Of a DNA stretch of 64,000 bases, positions 1 through 9,283 are shown piece after piece. The stretch is taken from positions 1,760,001 to 1,824,000 of the forward strand of contig OZ242220.1 of the NCBI GenBank assembly GCA_965206745.1, given 5' to 3'. The stretch is from Nitrosopumilus sp. (GTDB taxonomy: Archaea > Thermoproteota > Nitrososphaeria > Nitrososphaerales > Nitrosopumilaceae). Positions within the stretch are counted from its first letter, which is position 1. Each line of letters opens with the position of its first letter. Made by a program: the position numbers and the translations under genes. The notes beneath the pieces were generated by a model, which saw only the letters and a list, made by a program, of their open reading frames with translations, was not told the DNA's origin and did no database searches.

Positions 1-241
1 CTAATCGTGATCCTTTTGAATCACATGGAAAATCATCCGTCCAGAATACGACATGATTGTATGGCTTTATAGTATTACCTGACATAGTAGATTTTGATAC
101 TAGTGATCCATATGCTATCTCTTTCTTGTCATTGACATATGGAACATGATGAATTATGAGGGTGGTATTAACAAACTCCATCTCATAACCTTCGTTTACA
201 AGTTGTCGCAGATCAGGATTACGATTTATCAGTTCTAACAA
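1..241 (-). CDS. 5' part of a DUF6791 (E2-like)/ThiF-family (E1-like) adenylyltransferase; runs off the window's left edge
   Basis: Not in the ORF track. Hand translation from TTG at 241: MLELINRNPDLRQLVNEGYEMEFVNTTLIIHHVPYVNDKKEIAYGSLVSKSTMSGNTIKPYNHVVFWTDDFPCDSKGSRL, open to base 1. Matches the recalled N-terminus pattern (xLIxxxPDLxxLxxEGY...HHVPYVN...YGxLVS...H..F....PC) of DUF6791-ThiF proteins. Overlaps the end of the Ubl gene. Confidence 0.75.
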   Translation of the reverse strand, partial: MLELINRNPDLRQLVNEGYEMEFVNTTLIIHHVPYVNDKKEIAYGSLVSKSTMSGNTIKPYNHVVFWTDDFPCDSKGSRL

Positions 242-479
242 TATCAAACACCATCCCACTCTTAATTTCAATGTCTTGACCATCTACAAGAGTACCTTCA
301 CGATTTTCCTTTGGACCGCGACTACATTGAACAGTGAATATTTCATTTGGCCCATGTGAAGAAGGAAATGCTAAATCAATTATTTGTGGATAATTGATTG
401 TTTTATATTTCCATAGATGTTGTCTTGCATTAACAATTATGTTAAAATGTTCGGAACATTCTTCATTTTCTTTTTGCAT
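219..479 (-). CDS. Multi-ubiquitin-domain (prokaryotic Ubl, beta-grasp) protein
   Basis: FNIIVNARQH...INYPQIIDLAFP...FTVQCSRGPKENREGTLVDGQDIEIKSGMVFDIVRTDKS fits the Multi_ubiq pattern. ATG at 479 is preceded by SD GGAGGTG, so it is preferred over 506. Confidence 0.85.
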   Translation of the reverse strand: MQKENEECSEHFNIIVNARQHLWKYKTINYPQIIDLAFPSSHGPNEIFTVQCSRGPKENREGTLVDGQDIEIKSGMVFDIVRTDKS

Positions 480-818
480 TGTTACACCTCCTTGAATTGA
501 TTGCACTGCAGAACTTTATTCCAGATACAATGTCACCTTGTTTATGAGATAACTGTAATTTGTTAAGTGAATAAAATAATGAATTGATAAAAAGAGAAAT
601 TATCTCTTTTATCTTATTTTTAGAATGAGGTTGAAATGTTTTTTTGCATTGAGATTGATCAGTGCTCAAAAGCAATCCTTTCTTAATTAGTTGTGTATCT
701 ATGTACATATCTACATATTGTAAATATGATCATCTATTTAAGTATTTAATAATTAGACACAAATAGCCATAACCACATATGTAGAAAACTAGAAATACAA
801 AGTTAATGTAATAATACT

Positions 819-959
819 GTGGGAAAAATCCATTTGTCAATTAATGATGAAATTGAAAAAAAATTTAGAATGGCAGTAGCAAAGAAAAAAGGATACAAAA
901 AAGGCAATCTTGCAGTATCCATTGAGGAAGCAATGAAAATGTGGACATCCAAAAAATAA
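819..959 (+). CDS. Small ribbon-helix-helix DNA-binding protein (46 aa)
   Basis: Below the ORF-track cutoff. GTG start: MGKIHLSINDEIEKKFRMAVAKKKGYKKGNLAVSIEEAMKMWTSKK, alternating beta-strand then two helices. Confidence 0.7.
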   Translation: MGKIHLSINDEIEKKFRMAVAKKKGYKKGNLAVSIEEAMKMWTSKK

Positions 960-1198
960 TCCTACTGAAGGAATGGATGCCTGATGAAAAGGAACTGTGT
1001 GATTCTAAGATCAAATGAGGATATTTTAGATAGTATTGATGCTAAACAAATTTTGATAAATTCGTCTCATTTTAAACAAGTTGTTACTTTAGTGGTGAAA
1101 TGTCTATTATATTATAAATTGGTTTCAAATAATGAGGGTCCATTAATGAAAAAGTTATTTATCAAAGATTTAGGAAAAAAGAAGAGGAGGATGTTTAG

Positions 1199-1513
1199 AT
1201 GACTGCAAATATAACGACTAAATCAAAAATCGGAAAATCGAACACATCAGTAATGGAATTATTCATAGCGATTGATTCACCATCGGATAAAAAATTGAAT
1301 GATTTTAGAAAAAATTCAGAATGGTTTGCTAAAAACAAAGACAGTTTAAGAAAGAAATATGGAGGAAATTATGTTGCAGTTCATAAGAATAAGATTTGTC
1401 TTAAAGATGAAGACCCAACAAAATTACTCGAACATGTTAAAGTAAAATATGGTCATGATCCAAGTGTTGTGGTAAGCTTTATTGGAAAAGAACAAGTGAA
1501 ATTTTTACTATAA
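1199..1513 (+). CDS. DUF5678-like protein
   Basis: WFAKNKDSLRKKYGGNYVAVHKNKI..DED motif; SD GAGGAGG upstream. Confidence 0.7.
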   Translation: MTANITTKSKIGKSNTSVMELFIAIDSPSDKKLNDFRKNSEWFAKNKDSLRKKYGGNYVAVHKNKICLKDEDPTKLLEHVKVKYGHDPSVVVSFIGKEQVKFLL

Positions 1514-1526
1514 ACTTATAAAAAAA

Positions 1527-1961
1527 TTGGAAATAAAAATTATGCAACATGGTACTAGAGCAATGGTACAAGTTGACATAGTTAGTAAAAAATTAGGAAA
1601 TCGAATAATACCAGTAAATTTTCTAATAGATACCGGAGCAGATATAACAACAATATCACCTCTTTGTGCATTAACTAATGAAATAGATTTTTCTAAATTA
1701 AGAAAAAAGAAGGAACCATCTGTAGGTATTGGTGGTACACAAATTTGTGAATATGAAATAGATGATGTGGGATTTAGATTCATGAATTTAAAAGGTAAGC
1801 CAATCTATGAAAAATTAGAATGTATTGATGTGATAGAACCAGACCTGGAAGCAGAAATAGGTTCAAATATGTTTAAAATTCCAAATCTATTGGGAACAGA
1901 TATGTTGAAAAAATTGAAACTGACTTATAATTCACATTGCAAACTTGAAGTAAAAAAATAA
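1527..1961 (+). CDS. Retropepsin-like (clan AA) aspartic protease
   Basis: FLIDTGADITTI catalytic motif, GIGG flap, LLGTDML C-terminal motif. Confidence 0.85.
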   Translation: MEIKIMQHGTRAMVQVDIVSKKLGNRIIPVNFLIDTGADITTISPLCALTNEIDFSKLRKKKEPSVGIGGTQICEYEIDDVGFRFMNLKGKPIYEKLECIDVIEPDLEAEIGSNMFKIPNLLGTDMLKKLKLTYNSHCKLEVKK

Positions 1962-1969
1962 TATAAAAT

Positions 1970-2254
1970 ATGGCTCTGGTCAAGAGTAGTAATTCAATTA
2001 TAGTATTACACCACTCAGAAGATACGTTGAAGATTAGATTTTACCTACTGGCTCTGCTATCAGGCTTGTTTCTCATTGTGGCCTTGCCTGTCGGAATTGT
2101 ATTTTTGGTCTTTGTTGCCCTGTACTATGTGGTTTCCAATAGGGAGGAAAGCAGGATTGAACCTGCTAGTGCTGATGTACATCCCCCGGATCCTGACTTT
2201 AACAGCTTGTTCAACAATGAAGACTTTGTAAACGAGCAAGAAAAGTTAAGATGA
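1970..2254 (+). CDS. Hypothetical membrane protein
   Basis: Long hydrophobic hairpin; 8 bp after the protease. Confidence 0.45.
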   Translation: MALVKSSNSIIVLHHSEDTLKIRFYLLALLSGLFLIVALPVGIVFLVFVALYYVVSNREESRIEPASADVHPPDPDFNSLFNNEDFVNEQEKLR

Positions 2255-2470
2255 TTCAATTACAAAATATATCCTCTAATGCTGGTTTGGCCTAGACTGC
2301 AAAAAGGCAGATAATCATCTGAGGGTAGCAAAGCACGATCTGTTAAAAATTAGTAAATTTTCACAGTACAGAAAAACCATCCTTTTCCATACGAGGATTT
2401 ATGATTGTAAAAGCAAATGAAACCACTCATGCAAGACAAACATGTGAACCTAGAGAGAGATTGATTAAAG

Positions 2471-2659
2471 TTAGATGTTCAGACCAAAATTGACTGATGC
2501 AACTTTGTTTTTGAATGGACAGGATTTTCCTTCATGCTCCCCATCTTGGCCAACAGGGAGTATGTCAGTGGTTTCTGCATAGACAGAGTCCATCGGAAGT
2601 GCCATGGAAAATATGGCAGCCAGTGCAAGTATTGAGAACATTGCAATTTTTGAATCCAT
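2471..2659 (-). CDS. Small secreted hypothetical protein
   Basis: Signal peptide ending VYA; HEGKSCPFK; TTAAATA upstream on the minus strand. Confidence 0.55.
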   Translation of the reverse strand: MDSKIAMFSILALAAIFSMALPMDSVYAETTDILPVGQDGEHEGKSCPFKNKVASVNFGLNI

Positions 2660-2863
2660 CTAGATACTGTTGAGTGCTTTAATATTTAAGGATATGGCGC
2701 ATTCTCGGATGTTATTCCATCCAGCTGATGTCTGGCAGTGTAGATCGCAGTCGAATCAGAGTAGCCTCAATGGTAGTGTCAAAGATATCTTTGAGCAGAC
2801 CTCATGCGCCTTTACAGAGATGATCTGATTTAGCATATCATATTTTAGGCACAGGAAAGGGGA

Positions 2864-2938
2864 TGGGCCCACGGGGATTTGAACCCCGGATCTTCGCCGT
2901 GTAAGGGCGACGTCATAACCGACCTGGACTATGAGCCC
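2864..2938 (-). tRNA. tRNA-Val(TAC)
   Basis: Reverse complement GGGCTCA...TCGCC CT TAC AC GGCGA...GGGGTTCAAATCCCC...TGGGCCCA forms a cloverleaf. Confidence 0.95.
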
Positions 2939-3017
2939 AGAAACCTAGCCTGTTAAAATCCATTTAAACTTTGAGACAAGTGAAAATCTAGAAATTTGGC
3001 AGTGAAGCAGCAAGAAC

Positions 3018-4034
3018 ATGTCTAATTGCAGATTCTTTACCAGCCCCATCGGACTGGGCCATGTAACCCGGGACATTGCAATTGCAGATTGTTTTGAGGA
3101 TATCTCAGCGAGTTTCATCACGGGTAGCGGTGCCGCAGAGATCCTAAAGAGACTGGACTATAACGTGCAGGATGCATACAATCCGCCCTCATTTGTCATC
3201 AAGAATGGGACCCTGAAGAGTCCTGCCAGATGGCTGTGGAACTATTATCGCTACTATAGGGACTGCAAGAGTATCTCAAGGGGACTGCTCCAAAGGGACA
3301 GGCCGGACCTGGTGATCAGCGATGAGGACTTTGCATCGCTGACTGTCGCCCAGGACATGAAGATTACAACGGTGCTAGTCACTGACGTACTGGAGACCCG
3401 CTTTACCAGGGGAATTGCATCGCTTGTTGAAAAAAAGATGAACAAGTCAATGCAGGAGATCATCAGCAGGTGCGATGCAGTGATCTTTCCTGAAATAGGG
3501 GATGACCATGACAACATCAGGATGGTGGGCCCGATAGTACGGCAGACGAATCTTACAAGGGAGGAACTGAGAAGAAAATTTTCATTCCAAAAAAGAACCG
3601 TGCTAATCTCCATAGGGGGCACGGATGCAGGACTGTTCCTAATTGAGGAGGCATTGAAGGCTGCCTCAAGGATCAGTGATCTGGATATAGTTTTGGTTTC
3701 AGGACCGGCAGTAAGCAAGAGATACGAGAATGTACGGAACCTGGGATTTGTGGATAACCTGCACGAGTTAATCTATGCTGCAGACGTGATTGTGTCGCTG
3801 GCAGGAAAGTCAACCATAGACGAGGCCAACGCCTATGGCACTCCGGCAATATTCATACCGATAAAGGGACACTTTGAGCAGGAGGACAATGCAAGGGAGC
3901 AGGGCTTTGCCTTCAATGATATCAACAGACTGGAGAAATTAATTTTGGAAAAGCTGGAAGAGAGTAGAGGCAGGGTAAGCACCGGCGGTGCCAAGATTGC
4001 ATCAGAGATCATTGAAAGATTGACAGATACGTGA
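3018..4034 (+). CDS. Glycosyltransferase, GT28/MurG-like
   Basis: GLGHVTR, ISIGGT, LAGKSTIDEA, HFEQEDNA motifs. Confidence 0.85.
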   Translation: MSNCRFFTSPIGLGHVTRDIAIADCFEDISASFITGSGAAEILKRLDYNVQDAYNPPSFVIKNGTLKSPARWLWNYYRYYRDCKSISRGLLQRDRPDLVISDEDFASLTVAQDMKITTVLVTDVLETRFTRGIASLVEKKMNKSMQEIISRCDAVIFPEIGDDHDNIRMVGPIVRQTNLTREELRRKFSFQKRTVLISIGGTDAGLFLIEEALKAASRISDLDIVLVSGPAVSKRYENVRNLGFVDNLHELIYAADVIVSLAGKSTIDEANAYGTPAIFIPIKGHFEQEDNAREQGFAFNDINRLEKLILEKLEESRGRVSTGGAKIASEIIERLTDT

Positions 4035-4129
4035 TATCAGTGCACCCCACATGTAGGATGACTGGAATGTACATGGAGAAAAGTCAAAGACCACACAGGT
4101 GAGTGAAGATCCCGACTGACCAGAACAGC

Positions 4130-5062
4130 TCACCACGACAAGTAATACGGTGCAAAGTAATGCAGAATATTCATCATGAGCTTTTGTACCTCTCCAATTA
4201 AGGGACTGTATGGTTCAGTGGATTGATTGCATGCATTCTGTAATCGTGCCGTATGTTCTCGATGTTCAATTATAATTGGAAGATCTCCAGTCATGCTCAC
4301 TATTTGTCCTACTGTGTCATGTTTTACAGTGTCTATGTTTACATGAATCTTTAATCGGCCCGTGGATGCATCAATTCCTGTACCTATCACAGAGTCGATC
4401 ATGAATAATCTGGGCGCGACAAAAGACATTCTGTCTTCTAACTCATCAGGTATTTCAATTACTTGAATCGACGGTACCAGCATGTTGAATTCGGCGGATA
4501 TCTCTTCTATCATTTGATCATTTGCCAGTATGGCAGCTTGTGTAGAATCATCACCGGGAGCTGCCTTGAGTTGCCTGTTCTGTTCCAATAAATCAGGTAG
4601 TGGAGCAGCAACACTTTGGCTCTGGTCGGTGAATTCGTGACTAAGTGCAGCACGAGTGGCATAATCTAGACTGGTCCTGACTGGAAATATGATAACGGGG
4701 TTGATGGTGCTGTTGTACAGATGATCCTCGTCTACGACAGTGTCTATTGCTGAATGACGGTGTGATTTATGAGCCAATACAAGGTTGTACAGGTATTCCT
4801 CGTTTCCGATGTCACATCCTCTTTGATTGCATCCTATGCACGCTTTCTGATTTAGATAGTGCCGATAGTCCTCGTTTACCATGTCATGCGGCAGTTTCAG
4901 AGTCGTGTTGTTGTACAGGTGATCCTCGTCTACGGGGATTGTATTTGGAAGGGGATCATCAAGTCCGGGCTCTATTTGGCCAAAAGATTCGCCGATTCCA
5001 AAAGTCATTACAGCTACCAAAGAGGCAAACAGTATCGTGTTGACTGTTTTTTTATCATCCAT
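4130..5062 (-). pseudogene. Secreted protein, probably a frameshifted and truncated pre-pro S1 (chymotrypsin-like) protease
   Basis: Signal peptide and long pro-like region. After ...EPYSPLIG a shifted frame reads GTKAHDEYSALLCTV; no TAGHC or GDSG before the convergent GT28 gene. Confidence 0.45.
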
Positions 5063-5503
5063 GTTCTTACACCCCCATGCATCTTTATGATATAATAATT
5101 ATCAATGACTGTTCTGGTCAAATACAGTGATCGGATCATCATTTGTGGGCAGAGCCAGACAGGATGATGCAAGCAGAGGCATAGATAACTTATCTGCGTA
5201 TTTTATAATAGACAACATAGAATATCAATTCGAAAACACCTACCCAAAAAATCCAAATGACAACTCCCTTTTTCCAACACTCTTTTGCTTGGTCCTCTGT
5301 TAGTGTTAATCTGTAATCATCAGGTTGCACATAACAGCCATTTGGAGCACTTGCCCAGATAACCCAAAATTACAAAACAGATGCCTGCCGTAACTACCAG
5401 GCTTAAATTTAGAACATCCATGACAGGAAATGTCAACGAGTGATTGATAAATCCTGTATAATCAAATGCTTAATAGAAGGCAGTTTGGTTTTGATAGAGT
5501 GCC

Positions 5504-6919
5504 ATGACAAAGCTGATAGTTGCCAAATTTGGCGGTAGCGCACTTGGTCCGGATGGCCAGACTATCCCAAAAGTCATCCAAAGGATCACGGATCTGAAAA
5601 AGGATTCCAAAGTCATTGCCGTCTTTTCGGCCCCACTGACAATGCACAACGAGAAGAAGCGCTCGCTGACAGACGTGGTACTAGAGCAGGGCAAGAATGC
5701 AGAGGATGGCACAAAGCCGTCCCTGGAGACTGTAAAGTCGACTTATCAGAGGATTCTAAAAATGGTTAATCAGGACAACAGGGAGAACTGTGAGAAGACG
5801 ATCCAGCACCACCTAGAGAAGGCACAGGGGGCGCTTGATAAAGCCTATGAGAGCAGAGAGTTTGCAAACGAGATCCGCTCTGAGGCACTGGGATTTTCAG
5901 GAGAGATTCTAATGTCGCATGTGATGAACCACATCCTGAGGAGCAACGGCATGAAAGCCGAGGCAGTAAAATTTGAAGACTGGCCGATAGTAACTGACAA
6001 GAATATAGAATTTACAAATTTTCTCACCGCCGAGTCCAGGGAAAAGATGGGCAAGACAGAGCAGCTGGTAAAAGACAACGATGTTGTCACCATAGGCGGA
6101 TTCATCGGCAAGACAGTGGATAACATCACCACGACGTACGAGCGCGGCGGTTCGGACAGGACGGCAGCAGACCTCGGGATACTGTTCCACAGAAAATACC
6201 AGACCAGCATAGACTTTGAGAAGGACAGCTCGGTGGTATCAGCCGATCCTAGAATTGTGGATTCGGATCTAAGGGAGATCACCCAGCTGTCGTACAACGA
6301 GGCAAGGCTGGCAGGAATGTTCGGAATGAAGATCCTGGATCCGATTGCAATAAAGGAGATTGTCGAGAACGGGGTGGACATGCCAATCACCATCACCAAC
6401 ATGAAGAGCCCTGAAAAGACGACCACGATAAAAAGAAACCTGCAAGAACAAAAGGGGCATCCGATAAAGATAGTCACGGGAAAGGAGAACTGCGCCATCT
6501 TTAGAATAGAGACAAGCGCGGTTCAGAAACTACTGACATCCCTGGAGAAGGACAAGCATTACAGCGAGTTTGTCATACTATCGCCATTTACAAAGGACGG
6601 AATCGAGTTCTCCAGGATACTGTTTCTGGATGGGGACTATGTAAAGAGGAATGAAAAGTATCTGCTGGGATTTGACTCGCTTGCCACAATAACGTACAAC
6701 AGGGGGGTCATAACGCTGATCGGTGATGAGATGTGGAGGGTGCAGCAGGTGGCATCGAGGACCAGTGCAAAGATAGGCCAGTCAGGACTGAACATACTGA
6801 ACATGGATGCACAGGAGGAGACCTCGCGGATAATCATCGTCGTGGAGGATGCGCATGGCAACATCGAGAAGGCCATTGCGGCAATACACCAGGAGATCTC
6901 TAGGAATAATTTTGAATAA
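5504..6919 (+). CDS. lysC: Aspartate kinase
   Basis: VAKFGGS, RGGSDRTA, SADPR, LSYNEA, C-terminal ACT region. Confidence 0.9.
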   Translation: MTKLIVAKFGGSALGPDGQTIPKVIQRITDLKKDSKVIAVFSAPLTMHNEKKRSLTDVVLEQGKNAEDGTKPSLETVKSTYQRILKMVNQDNRENCEKTIQHHLEKAQGALDKAYESREFANEIRSEALGFSGEILMSHVMNHILRSNGMKAEAVKFEDWPIVTDKNIEFTNFLTAESREKMGKTEQLVKDNDVVTIGGFIGKTVDNITTTYERGGSDRTAADLGILFHRKYQTSIDFEKDSSVVSADPRIVDSDLREITQLSYNEARLAGMFGMKILDPIAIKEIVENGVDMPITITNMKSPEKTTTIKRNLQEQKGHPIKIVTGKENCAIFRIETSAVQKLLTSLEKDKHYSEFVILSPFTKDGIEFSRILFLDGDYVKRNEKYLLGFDSLATITYNRGVITLIGDEMWRVQQVASRTSAKIGQSGLNILNMDAQEETSRIIIVVEDAHGNIEKAIAAIHQEISRNNFE

Positions 6920-6921
6920 TG

Positions 6922-7025
6922 AAAAGTGGCGTTACGGGCTCTCACCTGTAAACCGCCATTCATGGGTTTATTCTTGGACCGTTATCTAGACTTAGTCCGG
7001 CGTTACCCAAAACACGCGATACCAT
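6922..7025 (-). ncRNA. Candidate two-hairpin small RNA
   Basis: Stems TGGGT/ACCCA with GGAC/GTCC, and TGGCG/CGCCA; TAAATA about 20-25 nt upstream; TTTT at the 3' end. Confidence 0.4.
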
Positions 7026-7069
7026 ACGTTATAGTTACTAGTATTTAGAGTTGATCCATATAGATCCGT

Positions 7070-7285
7070 TCACACACGCTCAGCTGCATACCAAAGGACG
7101 ATGCCGGCGCCCAGCAGGGCATACCACTTGAAGTTCCTCCTGTTTAGAAAGACGTTTGCAGAGCCTGCGTCCTCATCCCTGTATGTAGTCAGGCGAATCT
7201 TTCTCATCTCAAATGCCTGACCGACCAGGCCCATTACAAGCAATGCTATTCCGGCAAATCCCAGGGTCCACTCCATGGTTACCAC
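7070..7285 (-). CDS. Small 2-TM membrane protein
   Basis: Two hydrophobic segments, core-like composition. Confidence 0.7.
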   Translation of the reverse strand: MVTMEWTLGFAGIALLVMGLVGQAFEMRKIRLTTYRDEDAGSANVFLNRRNFKWYALLGAGIVLWYAAERV

Positions 7286-7368
7286 TTGCGGGCAATCAGA
7301 TATGTAGTTTGGTATGAAATACCAATCAAAGTTAATTCTTTAAATTAGCATGGATCTTTTGCTCACCT

Positions 7369-8283
7369 ATGAAGGAGGTCGGCAAGATATGGATGAACGG
7401 CAGACTGGTACCGTTCAAGGATGCCAAGGTTCACGTGTTAACTCACGCATTACACTATTCAACATCAATCTTTGAGGGGATCAGATGTTATGATACCCCA
7501 AACGGATCCGCAATCTTCAGACTGCCTGAGCATGTTGACAGATTCTTCAAGTCTGCAAAGCTGTACTCGATGAAGATGCAGTTCTCAAAGAAGGCAATCT
7601 CTGATGCGATTGTAAAGACGGTGCAGGCAGGAGGACTCAAGGAGTCGTACATCAGGCCGCTGGCATACTACGGGTATGGTACGATGGGACTGACCCCGAC
7701 TCCAAACAAGGTGGACGTCTCAATCTCATGCTGGGAATGGAGGATGGGCGAGTCAAAGGCAGGCAAGTTTTCAGGTGCAAAGTGCAAGGTGTCAAGCTGG
7801 ACCAAGATCGATTCTAGATCCCAGCCGATGCAGGCAAAGGCCGCATCAAACTATGCAAACGCGGCACTTGCAAGAATGGAGGCACTCGATGGCGGATACG
7901 ATGAGGCCATCATGCTGAACCATCAAGGCAAGGTTGCAGAGGGAAGTGCCGAGAATATATTCATAATCAAGGATGACATAATTCAGACTCCGCCACTCTC
8001 GGCAGGAGGGTTGGAGGGAATCACCAGGGACAGCATTATACAGATCATCGAGGAGAACGGGAGCTTTGTAGTAGAGAGGGATCTGGAACGCGACGACCTG
8101 TACAATGCAGATGAGATCTTCATGACAGGTACGGCAGCCGAGGTAAAGTCCGTAAGCCAGGTAGACAGAGTAAAGATTGGCAGCGGAAGGATGGGCAGCA
8201 TCACCAAGGCACTGCAAAAGTCATTTACAGACGTGGTCATGGGCAAAGACGAGAGGTTCCTGCCCTGGCTAAAGTTTATCTGA
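7369..8283 (+). CDS. ilvE: Branched-chain amino acid aminotransferase
   Basis: ALHYSTSIFEGIRCY, AKAASNY, EGSAENIF, LEGITR, FMTGTAAEV. Confidence 0.95.
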   Translation: MKEVGKIWMNGRLVPFKDAKVHVLTHALHYSTSIFEGIRCYDTPNGSAIFRLPEHVDRFFKSAKLYSMKMQFSKKAISDAIVKTVQAGGLKESYIRPLAYYGYGTMGLTPTPNKVDVSISCWEWRMGESKAGKFSGAKCKVSSWTKIDSRSQPMQAKAASNYANAALARMEALDGGYDEAIMLNHQGKVAEGSAENIFIIKDDIIQTPPLSAGGLEGITRDSIIQIIEENGSFVVERDLERDDLYNADEIFMTGTAAEVKSVSQVDRVKIGSGRMGSITKALQKSFTDVVMGKDERFLPWLKFI

Positions 8284-8323
8284 GTTCCATGAAGTTTTTT
8301 ACCTGCAAGGGATACTGCTAATC

Positions 8324-8485
8324 ATGGATTCATGCTCTACTGGAGATGCACAGGAGATCTGCTGGTTCTGCAGAAAGGATCGCCATGAGGACTGCATGGG
8401 GGAGATTCCCACGCAGGGAAGATCAGATGGGCCGCATGACTGCACGTTTGACACAAAGCTTGTTCCCTGCAAGTGCAGGCACTGA
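8324..8485 (+). CDS. Small Cys/His-rich protein (53 aa)
   Basis: Not in the ORF track: MDSCSTGDAQEICWFCRKDRHEDCMGEIPTQGRSDGPHDCTFDTKLVPCKCRH; fills the ilvE-methyltransferase gap on the same strand. Confidence 0.65.
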   Translation: MDSCSTGDAQEICWFCRKDRHEDCMGEIPTQGRSDGPHDCTFDTKLVPCKCRH

Positions 8486-8521
8486 CATAATATCAAATAC
8501 AGCTTGTTCCTCATTGATTAC

Positions 8522-9076
8522 ATGGACTATGACGAGGGGTTTTGGGACAGATATGCAGATGATAACGAGTCAAGATACAACGAAGAGTTTGCAAAGTTTG
8601 TCAGGGATTTGGCTACATCACTGCGCTGTACAAGCGTGTTGGAGGTGGGCTGCGGGACGGGAATCGACCTGAGGCTGTTTCCAGATACGATTCAGTTCGG
8701 GGGCATTGATCCAAATGATCATGCGTTAAACATTGCAAGGGACAGACTGCCGGATGGAAACTTTGATAATGGTACCATAACTGAGCTGCCCTTTGAGGAC
8801 TCGTCAGTAGACTTTGTATTCACCCACGGGCTGATGAACTATCTGGAGGATGAGACAATCGAGAAGGGAATATCAGAGATGTTCAGGGTTGCTAGAAGGT
8901 ACATCATGAACTGTGAAAAGTTTGGAGAGACAGAGGATAGGATTGACCAGAACCATACATCACGCAACATGCAGAAGAGATGGTCAGGGTATGATGTCAG
9001 AGTCGTAAGCAATGTCGATATGCACGAGGAGATTGAACCGGACAAGCCAAGGTTTACGCTGTTGAGAAAACTGTAA
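8522..9076 (+). CDS. Class I SAM-dependent methyltransferase
   Basis: VLEVGCGTG, LPFEDSSVDFVFT; ATG 8522 preferred. Confidence 0.9.
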   Translation: MDYDEGFWDRYADDNESRYNEEFAKFVRDLATSLRCTSVLEVGCGTGIDLRLFPDTIQFGGIDPNDHALNIARDRLPDGNFDNGTITELPFEDSSVDFVFTHGLMNYLEDETIEKGISEMFRVARRYIMNCEKFGETEDRIDQNHTSRNMQKRWSGYDVRVVSNVDMHEEIEPDKPRFTLLRKL

Positions 9077-9283
9077 GGTCTTGGTTTGATTAATACTGTT
9101 AACTACAAGATGGAATCTGGCAATCAGGATTCAAGTCATGTCATCTCACCTTTGAACAGTGATTTTTGAATTTGAAGATCATGTTTTAGCTCATCTTTGT
9201 ACAGTAACTAGAAGAGATTACTATTCTTGACCAGAGCTATTTTTTAGGAGAACTATTTATCGATCATATTTATTCTGTTTAAC

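Noticed and set aside
463-1202. ORFs 463..708 (-) and 984..1202 (+)
   Set aside because: AT-rich with no recognisable motifs; cannot be supported as genes, although 984..1202 overlaps the DUF5678 start and may be real.
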